This document shows, piece after piece, positions 1 through 9,762 of a stretch of DNA of 64,000 nt. The stretch spans positions 12,834,001-12,898,000 of the forward strand of contig CATNEN010000007.1 of NCBI GenBank assembly GCA_950097015.1, read 5' to 3'. The notes under the pieces are model-generated. The model saw only the letters and a list, made by a program, of their open reading frames with translations. It was not told where the DNA came from and searched no databases. Numbering within the stretch: the first letter of the stretch is position 1; every line of letters starts with the position of its first letter. The stretch comes from Macrostomum hystrix. Its lineage: Eukaryota > Animalia > Platyhelminthes. The translations under genes and the position numbers were made by a program.

Positions 1-696
1 TTGGCCAGCAAGGTCACTCGCCAGTTTTTTAGAGACGCTTTCGGTGCCGCTTTGAGAGAGACGCTTTGAGTGATTAGCAATACCTTGGCCAGCAAGGTCA
101 CCTGATTTGAATCCGGTCGAATACTTTCTTTGGGGCTTTGCTCGTGAGCTCGTCTACGCCCAGGGAGGGCTTTTTGAATTTACATCATCTGAACGCATCC
201 ATTGTTCGAGCTTTGATTGGATTCGGCAGAACCGGATGGATGCTGTCCGCAATGCCGCCGATGGCTTCTTTGGTCGGCTCCGTGAGTGCATTGAAAATGA
301 TGGGTATCATTTGAGGCACAGATGAATGTTTATGAACACCAGAATGCTATGCTCACTGTACGTTGTTGTTTATCCTTTTTTGCGCTACATGTTTGCTTTA
401 TATTCCGTTTTTTTCAAATAAACTGGCATTTGACCACACAGCGTCTCAGAGTCTATGCTCCTTAAGATTTTTTAAAGCAAAAGATTGTCTGTGGCAGCTG
501 TTTAGGCAAAGCTTCAGAAAAACTAGCGTGCACTTCTGTGCTCAATAACTCGCCTCTGGAGCAATTTTTCGTAACCAAATTTTTGTGGGAAAAATTTACA
601 AATGTTTACTGTGGACCTGTTAAATTACTGGGCTATAGGCCTAACTGCTCACTCACAGTGAGCGCACAAAGTGTTACCCTTTTTGGGACACCCATA
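1..696 (+). mobile_element. Decayed Tc1/mariner-superfamily transposon, 3' end (transposase C-terminus plus probable right TIR)
   Basis: From ~83 to 325 it reads PWPARSPDLNPVEYFLWG...RLRECIENDGYHL, the SPDLNP catalytic-region motif and typical C-terminus of Tc1/mariner transposases. 671-696 GTGTTACCCTTTTTGGGACACCCATA resembles a right TIR ending in TA. The frame is disrupted upstream, and 1-17 is duplicated at 85-101. Confidence 0.8.
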
Positions 697-937
697 ACAA
701 ACTTAAGAAATTTAGTATAGTAGGATTCTGACAGCCTCGCACCCACCCTCCTTGTGCAATGTACATTGCCGGCCCAGCTGTACAGAGCGGCCACTATGAA
801 ATACAAAATAGACATAGCGCAACATAGTACCTTCTATAAGGAGAGTTCCTTATTCATGCATGCACAGCTGGAGCGATAAGTGTGAGGGTTTGTTGTGCAA
901 CCGAGCAGGCTTGTTGATGCTCGAAGCAATTGTGGCA

Positions 938-1642
938 ATGTCCGACACCAGGCGGCAGAAGGAAGCCGGCAGCAGGAGTTCCCGGCTAAGGCGGCTGTCG
1001 GATTCCACGGCCAAGATGATGCGACAGCTGCGGCTCATCCGAAGCGACTCCGGCTACGGCAGCGACGATCAGCGAGAGCGGCGCGACAGCACGGACGCTG
1101 GCGCCGATGCTGTGGCTGAAGGGACTCGCGAAAACTCGCAGCTGAGTCTGTCGAAGCTGGCGAGCCACGATGAGCTGGAGGAGGACTCGGCTGCCACAGA
1201 TGACGAGGAGCAGGAGGGCTTCGTTGATGAGAAGGCCGCCGGCGCGACTGAATCTCGGCAGCTGAACCACAGCGAGAGACACCTCATCAGCGTCAGGTTC
1301 GCGCTGCTCGAGGAGCAGAGCAAGACCTACTGTGCGCTGCGGCTGGCTGACATGCTGGAGGAGGAAGAGCTGGAGCGGAAGCAGATGGAGGAGGAGACTG
1401 CGAGGCTGAGAGAAGAGCTGGAGCTCCGGCAGAAAGACGTGGACCTGTTCAATGTGGGCAGGCGAAGGAGGAAGTCGAGCTCATCATCATTGGCTTGTAG
1501 CGCGGACACTGAATACTTTGAATATGAGCTCACGCGCAGGCAGCTGCGTCAGCAGAACAATGACTGGCGGAAGCAGTGGTCGCTGAGGACCTCCAACTGG
1601 ATGTACGGCGGTTACTGGAACCGCCTGAACTATTGGTACTGA
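938..1642 (+). CDS. Unknown acidic/coiled-coil protein (~234 aa from ATG 938)
   Basis: Long GC-rich ORF with coding-like codon usage, an E/K/R-rich helical segment and a Trp/Tyr-rich C-terminus, followed by AT-rich 3' sequence. No family recognised and the start is uncertain. Confidence 0.55.
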   Translation: MSDTRRQKEAGSRSSRLRRLSDSTAKMMRQLRLIRSDSGYGSDDQRERRDSTDAGADAVAEGTRENSQLSLSKLASHDELEEDSAATDDEEQEGFVDEKAAGATESRQLNHSERHLISVRFALLEEQSKTYCALRLADMLEEEELERKQMEEETARLREELELRQKDVDLFNVGRRRRKSSSSSLACSADTEYFEYELTRRQLRQQNNDWRKQWSLRTSNWMYGGYWNRLNYWY

Positions 1643-1994
1643 CTGTACCAGAAATAGCCAGTCAAATCGGAAGAGCGCACTTTCACCTTTTCACTTTCGC
1701 ACGTGCACTTGAAAACTTTTCAGTCGTATTAATTTTCATGACGAATGCAAGCATTGTTTGTACAGCCTATTATTTGCACTGACGCTGAATAATGTTGTCC
1801 ATTGTTCATTGTGCTTTAGTAGGCAGAAAAAATGAGCCTATTGAGCTCTATCAATTTGTATAAAATTTTCACTCCGTAGCCAAAGCTCACATTAGATGCA
1901 TTCGGACTAATTCATTCCTTTCAGGACAAGGATAGCACGATCTGCTAATAATTGTGCCATGGTAGGACTCGCGATCATTTTAAGAGACTGATGG

Positions 1995-2310
1995 CTAGAC
2001 TACTGTCAGAAGAGCACTAGACTACTGTCAGAAGAGCACTAGACTACTGTCAGTAGAGCACTAGACTACTGTCAGTAGAGCACTAGACTACTGTCGGTAG
2101 AGCACTAGACTACTGTCGGTAGAGCACAAGCCAACTGTCGGTAGAGCACTAGACTACTGTCAGTAGAGTGCAAGACTTCTGTCAGTAGAGCACTAGACTT
2201 CTGTCAGTAGAGCACTAGACTTCTGTCAGTAGAGCACTAGACTACTGTCAGTAGAGTGCAAGACTTCTGTCAGTAGAGCACTAGTTGACTACTGTCAGTA
2301 GAGCTCTAGA
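1995..2310. repeat. 22-bp minisatellite (AGCACTAGACTACTGTCAGTAG)
   Basis: ~14 tandem copies. Confidence 0.95.
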
Positions 2311-2514
2311 ATACTTAAAATGACTTCAGTAGTCCTTGCCTTCAACTACAACTTTAAATTTACAATTTTACTGTCAACTTTAACACCAGGGCCGCGAAAA
2401 GCGAAGGCAGAGACTCACGAGTCGCTTTCTAGTGCTAGTATCTGACCACCGAACCACCAGTTATATTTGAGTTAATTAAAACACAGAATAAAACATTGCA
2501 AGAAATAAAAGTTA

Positions 2515-3057
2515 CAGAGCAGGCAGAGGGCACCGGTGCTACAGTATTGAGGACCAGAGCAGGCAGAGGGCACCGGTGCTACAGTAGTGAGGACCAGAGC
2601 AGGCAGAGGGCACCGGTGCTACAGCAGTGAGGACCAGAGCAGGCAGAGGGCACCGGTGCTACAGCAGTGAGCACCAGAGCAGGCAGAGGGCACCGGTGCT
2701 GCAGTAGTGAGGACCAGAGCAGGCAGAGGGCACCGGTGCTACAGCAGTGAGGACCAGAGCAGGCAGAGGGCACCGGTGCTACAGCAGTGAGGACCAGAGC
2801 AGGCAGAGGGCACCGGTGCTACAGCAGTGAGCACCAGAGCAGGCAGAGGGCACCGGTGCTGCAGTAGTGAGGACCAGAGCAGGCAGAGGGCACCGGTGCT
2901 ACAGCAGTGAGGACCAGAGCAGGCAGAGGGCACCGGTGCTACAGCAGTGAGGACCAGAGCAGGCAGAGGGCACCGGTGCTACAGCAGTGAGGACCAGAGC
3001 AGGCAGAGGGCACCGGTGCTACAGCAGTGAGGACCAGAGCAGGCAGAGGGCACCGGT
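2515..3057. repeat. 40-bp minisatellite derived from the last codons and stop of the adjacent PAN gene
   Basis: Unit GACCAGAGCAGGCAGAGGGCACCGGTGCTACAGCAGTGAG; its minus strand encodes TGALCLLWSSLL*; ~13 copies. Confidence 0.95.
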
Positions 3058-3468
3058 CAGCAGGCAGATCAGGCCGCTGCGCACAGAGGCTGCCGCGCAG
3101 TCGTCGTAGTTCTGCGCAGCGGGACCGCGCGGCATAACGCCGGGCAGCACCCCGCAGATGGACCTGATGCTACTGGACTTGTAGCTGAACTGAGCTGAAC
3201 TGAAGGCGTCCGACTTGCTGACGTAGCCCTTCTTAAGGTGACAAATGCCAGTTTCGAACTTCCACACGAAGTGGGTGCAGCCCTCCGTCTGCTTGCAGAA
3301 CGGGCCGCAGCTTCCTGCTTTCGTTGTCTTCAAGCCAAAATCCATGGTCAAGAAGTCGCAGTCGTAGGCCCAGTCGCGGCCCTCCCAGTTGACGGCGCCG
3401 CGGACAGATGAGGGCACCAGAGCTGCCAGGCACAGCAGGGCGATGGCTGGTGAGGGCGAGAGTCGCAT
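3019..3468 (-). CDS. Secreted/GPI-type single PAN/Apple-domain protein (paralog 1)
   Basis: Signal peptide (MRLSPSPAIALLCLAALVP), PAN-type Cys pattern W..CDF...C...C....GCTHF.W....C.LK.G...CG, hydrophobic C-terminal tail; single exon. Confidence 0.85.
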   Translation of the reverse strand: MRLSPSPAIALLCLAALVPSSVRGAVNWEGRDWAYDCDFLTMDFGLKTTKAGSCGPFCKQTEGCTHFVWKFETGICHLKKGYVSKSDAFSSAQFSYKSSSIRSICGVLPGVMPRGPAAQNYDDCAAASVRSGLICLLTGALCLLWSSLL

Positions 3469-3469
3469 G

Positions 3470-3560
3470 ACTGTGTACTGCTGTGTACTGCTGTGTACTG
3501 CTGTGTACTGCTGTGTATTGCTGTGTACTGCTGTGTACTGCTGTGTAATGCTGTGTACTG
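3470..3560. repeat. 10-bp tandem repeat (CTGTGTACTG) abutting the start codon of PAN paralog 1
   Basis: ~9 copies directly 5' of the ATG at 3468. Confidence 0.95.
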
Positions 3561-4045
3561 CCCTATAATCTTTGCTGAGGTCTTATAGGGTTGCTTTGCT
3601 GTTTGCAGACTGCGCTTACGTGAGGGGGTCGAATAAACAAACAGTTTCTCCTTTTTATTTGGTACAGGGTCACCGAAGCGTGTACATTCCATTGCGGTTA
3701 GGCCAGCTATTACGATGAAAACAGGTTTAAGCAGGCTAGTTGAGGCTGCAGCACAGGCTAGCCTGGCTAGTTGCTTAAGCCGCTTACGTACTCGAATAAA
3801 CCACTCGCCAACCACTTGATCGCAAGATGCGTACACTGGCTATGCCCAATGTACACTTTAAAGCCTCCACCCTAGACCCTCTTGCGGGTGAAAGGATTGG
3901 AGCAGCCAATCAGCGCAACTCGCACCCGAGATGCCTTGACCCCCAATCTATAAAACCTGAGCCAACCTGCCCACAACACGCCAGAGACAAGTCAGACTTT
4001 CTGTAGTTTAGGAGACCAATAAACCTGAGCACACTCGCCACAGCC

Positions 4046-4498
4046 ATGCCACTCTCGCCTGTCGCCATCATCGCCCTGCTGTGCCTCGCAGCTCTGGTGC
4101 CCTCGTGTGTCCACGGCGCCATCAACTGGGAGGGCCGCGACTGGGCCCACGACTGCGACTTCAAAACCGACGTATTTGAAACCTTAAACATCACAGCCAG
4201 CGAATGCGGCACGGCCTGCGAGAAGGCGGCCGGCTGCACCCACTACACATGGAAGCTCGCGGCCAATGAGACTAGCGTCTGCCATCTGAGGAAGGGCTCT
4301 GTCAAAAAGTCTAACGCCATCTCAGCCGAGGCCGGCGTCATCAACGGTGCCCGGCCAGTCTGCGGAGTGTTAGCGCCGAGTGCCCTGCCGCTGGCATCCG
4401 ATGTACTGCGGAGTGAGGCGGCTGCGACTGCCCCTGTGCTCAACGGCCTGCTCAGCCTACTCGGTGCCCTCTGCCTGATTTTAACTTCTGAGCTGTAG
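4046..4498 (+). CDS. Secreted/GPI-type PAN/Apple-domain protein (paralog 2), head-to-head with paralog 1
   Basis: N-terminus nearly identical to paralog 1 (ALLCLAALVP..V.GA.NWEGRDWA.DCDF), same Cys pattern and hydrophobic tail; AGCCAATCAG and TATAAAA lie upstream (3904-3956). Confidence 0.85.
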   Translation: MPLSPVAIIALLCLAALVPSCVHGAINWEGRDWAHDCDFKTDVFETLNITASECGTACEKAAGCTHYTWKLAANETSVCHLRKGSVKKSNAISAEAGVINGARPVCGVLAPSALPLASDVLRSEAAATAPVLNGLLSLLGALCLILTSEL

Positions 4499-4740
4499 CA
4501 TTTGCTGCCTGCCTGCCTGCCTGCCTGCCTGCCCGTTTTATTTTTGACTGCCTTAACAAACAAATATAAAATACTAATAATATTCCGAGCTTTTCGATGT
4601 GGTTTTAATCGAACGCCGAAAGTAGCTTGTGATTCGACTTTGTTGTGGAAATTGATACCAGCCTTAGGGGGCAAACAAATCAGTTTGTTCGCAAAAATGG
4701 TTTACAGCGGAAAAGTTTGAGCAGTTTACAAAGATCCGGT

Positions 4741-5320
4741 TTGAGTAGTTTACAGCAGAGAGCTCATGTAGTTTACAGCTGCCATTTTGAGTAGTTTACA
4801 GCAGAGAGCTCATGTAGTTTACAGCTGCCATTTCGAGTAGTTTACAGCAGAGAGCTCATGTAGTTTACAGCAGCCATTTTGAGTAGTTTACAGCAGAGAG
4901 CTCATGTAGTTTACAGCTGCCATTTTGAGTAGTTTACAGCAGAGAGCTCATGTAGTTTACATCAGCCATTTTGAGTAGTTTACAGCAGAGAGCTCATGTA
5001 GTTTACTTCACACCCAGTAAAGTTCTACAAGTTTACACCCAGTAGTTCTACAAGTTTACACCCAGTAGTTCTACAAGTTTACACCCAGTAGTTCTACAAG
5101 TTTACACCCAGTAGTTCTACAAGTTTACACCCAGTAGTTCTACAAGTTTACACCCAGTAGTTCTACAAGTTTACACCCAGTAGTTCTACAAGTTTACACC
5201 CAGTAGTTCTACAAGTTTACACCCAGTAGTTCTACAAGTTTACACCCAGTAGTTCTACAAGTTTACACCCAGTAGTTCTACAAGTTTACACCCAGTAGTT
5301 CTACAAGTTTACACCCAGTA
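4741..5320. repeat. Adjacent 46-bp (4741-5005) and 23-bp (5028-5320) minisatellites
   Basis: Units TTGAGTAGTTTACAGCAGAGAGCTCATGTAGTTTACAGCTGCCATT and CAAGTTTACACCCAGTAGTTCTA. Confidence 0.95.
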
Positions 5321-5623
5321 CATAAAGTTTGTACATTAAAGTGTCTGCTGCAGCACGCATTCTCTGCCTCCATATGTCGCGCAACTATGTAATGTCACCT
5401 GTACGCGCAGGCGAACAATTCTCACTTGAGATTTGCTAGGGAAAGCCTGCCAGCCACGCGGCCCTCTCTGATTGGTCTGAAGCGTGCGCCCAGCGCCAAT
5501 CCAGCCCTAATTCTGCGCCCTCCAGCCAGCCAGTTCCGAACCGGTCAGCAGCAGCCGTAGCCTATAACTGCGTGAGTGCTCAATTCTACTCAGGTGATCT
5601 CAAATGAGCTCAGCTCGCCAGCC

Positions 5624-6052
5624 ATGCTCTTCCCGGCCATCTTTGCTCTGCTTTGCCTGAACGCCATTAGCGACTCGGCCGGCCAGGCCATCAGCTGGTC
5701 GGACAACATCGCCCGTGGCTGCGCATTCGCCACTGCCGACATCGACACGAAGCAGACAGCGTCAGCGGAGCTCTGCAGCGGGGAGTGCGCCAGTCGGCAA
5801 GGCTGCACCCACTTCAACTGGCTGCTGGACCATGCCAGGCCAGGCTTTGGCGACTGCCGCCTCAAGGCCGGCTGCGTGTCTAAGGCCAGCGCCATCCCGG
5901 AGGACAGGGCAAATGCTGCCTGCGGCATCGTGCCATCCGTGCGCTCGGAGGACGCGTGCGTGCTGCGACCAACCGGCGCTGGAGACCCGCTGCGCTTCGG
6001 ACTGCTGACCCACCTGGCCAGCCTCTGCGCTGTGCTTTTTAATATCCTCTAA
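5624..6052 (+). CDS. Secreted/GPI-type PAN/Apple-domain protein (paralog 3)
   Basis: ATG 5624 in GCCATG context, signal peptide, C.F...C...C....GCTHFNW...C.LKAG...CG pattern, hydrophobic tail. Confidence 0.85.
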   Translation: MLFPAIFALLCLNAISDSAGQAISWSDNIARGCAFATADIDTKQTASAELCSGECASRQGCTHFNWLLDHARPGFGDCRLKAGCVSKASAIPEDRANAACGIVPSVRSEDACVLRPTGAGDPLRFGLLTHLASLCAVLFNIL

Positions 6053-6271
6053 CAGCTTGCTGTGTTTTATTGTCTCTATTGTTTTATGCACAAATACAAT
6101 GCGCTATCGAAGCCAACTATTAGTCTAATTGTCCTGATCTCGGGTAACTTGTCTCATTTGCTTTGGAGTGGAGTGGCAAAGCAGGTACCATTGAGTCTGA
6201 GACAGCTGATGGGTGCGGATGTGGTTGGAATATTGAAGTAAAGTCAATGAACTCAAGAGAAGGATTCTTTG

Positions 6272-6697
6272 TTGGTGATGAGGCAGTTGAGTGGGTGATG
6301 AGGCAGTTAAGTGGGTGATGAGGGCAGTTAGAGTGGGTGATGCGGGCAGTTGAGTGGGTGATGAGACAGTTGAGTGGGTGATGAGGGCAGTGGGAGTGGG
6401 TGATGAGGCAGTTAAGTGGGTGATGAGGCAGTTAAGTGGGTGATGAGGCAGTTAAGTGGGTGATGAGGGCAGTTAGAGTGGGTGATGAGGCAGTTAAGTG
6501 GGTGATGAGGCAGTTGAGTGGGTGATGAGGCAGTTGAGTGGGTGATGAGGCAGTTAAGAGGGTGATGAGGGCATTTAAGTGGGTGATGAGGCAGTTGAGT
6601 GGGTGATGAGGCAGTTAAGTGGGTGATGAGGCAGTTGAGTGGGTGATGAGGCAGTTGAGTGGGTGATGAGGGCAGTTGGAGTGGGTGATGCGGGCAT
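6272..6697. repeat. 20-bp minisatellite (GTGGGTGATGAGGCAGTTRA)
   Basis: ~20 copies. Confidence 0.95.
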
Positions 6698-7080
6698 TTA
6701 ACGCTTTGGGCACTTGTCTTGCAGCAACAATCATTAGCTAAATAGATAAAAGCAAGATACGAATCACAGCTCTCCAATGAATCACTGGCTTGACTTTATG
6801 CTCAATTTGAACTCACTCATTGAAAGTATACTCTCATGATGGCTTCACTCACCGGAGCTCTGGTGTCTGACTATAGAAAATCAAACAACAAAAGTAAAAG
6901 TCTAAGTCTTGTGAAACAAATGGAAACAAATTTAAAGTGCCCGCATTCAAGCTGGGCTGTTCGCAGCTAAAACTGTTTGTACTTTCAACTCAGTCCAGCC
7001 GCTTTTCATTCTAGCCTCACTGGGCTGCTTCGCGGGGTCGCCTTGGCCGGCTGGCTGGTCCTTAGCACGAGTCGCATTGC

Positions 7081-7560
7081 CGTGAGCATGCTTCTGTGAG
7101 CAGCTGCATAGCCGTGAGCATGCTTCTGTGAGCAGCTGGATAGCCGTGAGCATGCTTCTGTGAGCAGCCGCATAGCCATGAGCATGCTTCTGTGAGATCT
7201 AATGCATTCAGGGAGTGCTGTACAATAACCCCCGGCATCAATGCATTCAGGGAGTGCTGTACAATAACCCCCGGCATCAATGCATTCAGGGAGTGCTGTA
7301 CAATAACCCCCGCGGCATCAATGCATTCAGGGAGTGCTGTACAATAACCCCCGGCATCAATGCATTCAGGGAGTGCTGTACAATAACCCCCGGCATCAAT
7401 GCATTCAGGGAGTGCTGTACAATAACCCCCGGCATCAATGCATTCAGGGAGTGCTGTACAATAACCCCCGGCATCAATGCATTCAGGGAGTGCTGTACAA
7501 TAACCCCCGGCATCAATGCATTCAGGGAGTGCTGTACAATAACCCCCGCATCAATGCATT
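7081..7560. repeat. 32-bp (7081-7196) and 39-bp (7200-7560) minisatellites
   Basis: Tandem units directly visible. Confidence 0.95.
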
Positions 7561-8077
7561 TAGGGAATGCCGTACAATATCCGCAGGAAAATGCACTCGA
7601 AAAGGCCAGAAACTCATACATAAAGCAAGTATAGAACTGTGTGTGAGTCGTGAATGCATGTGGAGTGAGTGGCTGCCAACAAACGAGGCCAGAAAGCAGG
7701 ATTGTACATTCTCTTTACTACCATTCATTTAAACATCACATAAATGCAACCAGAAAGTGCTCATTTGATCTATAATTGGTAGTATTATTCTTGACATAGT
7801 GAATGGGTTCTATAGAAATCAAAGGCCACTCAGTTAGGCCCTAGCTCTCTCTAATGTACATCATGTACATGCTGCAGTGCGGCACAGAATGGCCTTAAGC
7901 TCCCGACTCTTCGGACAGTTGCCTGTACTCAGCTAGCCAATCAGAAGCGAGCCGAGCCACCCCAATCCTTCCCGCCCTGCCGGTGGTATATTGTCCCCGG
8001 CGATTGTACCAATACCAACATGAAGTGCCGCTCCAGTCCACAGATTTGAGCCGAAAAATTCTGTCCAAACCGCACAG

Positions 8078-8857
8078 CCAAAGCTGGAGAAAGTCAGCTA
8101 CGCCAGCCGAGTGCCCGCCAGGGTGCTCAGGGCCCACGTGATCCTCGGCGCCTTGCAGCTGAGCGCTGGGCTGCTGGCCCTCATCGCGAGCATAGTCGGC
8201 ACGGTCTACGGAGCCTCGATGAGTGATCTCTATCTCGGTGTCTCGGGCAGCGGTATCTGGTCCGCGCCCTTCTTCGTTGCCGCCGGCATCTGCGGGCTGG
8301 TGGCCGGCAAAAGCGTGAAGCGCTGCACCCTGTGCTGCGTGGTCAGCTGCCTGGTGCTCAGCATCCTGGCCTCCGTGTTCAGCGGCTCCGCCCTTATCAT
8401 CGAAGCCATCCTGACGTCAGAGAACAGCTGGAGATTCTATTCTAGGCCTGGCCACTGCCGCCTGCTGCACAGTTTCAAGGTCGCCAGAGCGATGGGCATA
8501 GTCTGCTGCCTGCTGTTTGCCGCGGAGCTGGTGCTGGCCATTGTGCACGGCGCCTTCGCATGCAGGGCCTCCTGCTGCTGTGTGCCCGCTGCGGTCCCTG
8601 TCGGCCAGCAACCGCAAGCCGGTGACGTCATCACCATCTACATGCCGGACGGCCAGCAGCTGACAGCGGCTTCAAATGAAGTGGTGTTCGTGGCAGCCCC
8701 CGAATTCGAACATCAGCCCGCCTTCAACCCGAACTTCCCGCAGTTCTCCAGCTTCCAGCAGCAGATGGTCCAGCAGACCTATGGACCGCAGCCGCCGGCC
8801 TACGATGACCGGCCCGAGGACCACGTTGCCGCCGAAATGAAGTCGCACATGCCATGA
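8078..8857 (+). CDS. CD20/MS4A-like four-TM protein (only plus-strand member); no in-frame ATG before TM1
   Basis: YASRVP..VLRAHVILG..Q; GSGIW..PFF.AAGICG; CVV.CLVLSI; ELVLAIVH..FACRASCCC; PPAY tail. The frame is closed by TGA at 8021; candidate acceptor CGCACAG|8078 is in phase 0. Confidence 0.85.
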   Translation, partial: PKLEKVSYASRVPARVLRAHVILGALQLSAGLLALIASIVGTVYGASMSDLYLGVSGSGIWSAPFFVAAGICGLVAGKSVKRCTLCCVVSCLVLSILASVFSGSALIIEAILTSENSWRFYSRPGHCRLLHSFKVARAMGIVCCLLFAAELVLAIVHGAFACRASCCCVPAAVPVGQQPQAGDVITIYMPDGQQLTAASNEVVFVAAPEFEHQPAFNPNFPQFSSFQQQMVQQTYGPQPPAYDDRPEDHVAAEMKSHMP

Positions 8858-9239
8858 CTGAGAAATGTTGAGAAAATGCTCCAGGTGCTGTTTTACATGG
8901 GCATGAGTAGCCCAGCAATTCTCAGTGGCGACTACCGCATTTCCTTATTTATGTTTTACTAAGCTGCTCACTAAGCGTTCGTAACTAAGCAATTCTCTTA
9001 TTTATTTGTCAATTTACGCAGCTTTTATAGTGTTTTACAGAAAGCCATAGCATTGTACTTGAGCATCAGTGATTTAGCATCAACTTTTACTGCGATTTTA
9101 AAGATAATAAAGCGACATTAATTTAAATCGACTTGCCGCTTACATATTTTCGACTGCACAAACATCAGCCTCCTTTTGTAAACACCGCTTTTTTATATCC
9201 TAAAAAGTCATGGGCTCGAGTCAAGGCGAAAAAGAGTGA

Positions 9240-9590
9240 TAGTGAAAGGATTATAGGGACAGGCAGAGTGATAGGGACTGGAAATAGTGACAGGAACTGG
9301 TGATAGTGACAGGAACAGGTGATAGTGACAGGAACTGGTGATAGTGACAGGAACTGGTGATAGTGACAGGAACTGGTGATAGTGACAGGAACTGGTGATA
9401 GTGACAGAAACTGGTGATAGTGACAGGAACTGGTGATAGTGACAGAAACTGGTGATAGTGACAGAAGCTGGTGATAGTGACAGAAACTGGTGATAGTGAC
9501 AGAAACTGGTGATAGTTACAGGAACTGGTGATAGTGACAGGAACTGGTGATAGTGACAGGCAGAGTGACACGGACTGGTGATAGTGAGAG
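9240..9590. repeat. 19-bp minisatellite (GTGATAGTGACAGGAACTG)
   Basis: ~17 copies. Confidence 0.95.
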
Positions 9591-9762
9591 GCAGAACTTG
9601 CAAACAAGAAGCCCAGCTTCAGGGGTCAAAAACGGTAAGCCAAAAAAAGACGAGAAAAGTCGCGATGCAATGCCAGGTCCGTCAAACAAATGCTGGGCGC
9701 ACGCAAATAAGGCGGGTCAATGGCCTGTGTAATTGAGCTGTGATCACCTCCCAGCCCCCTAG

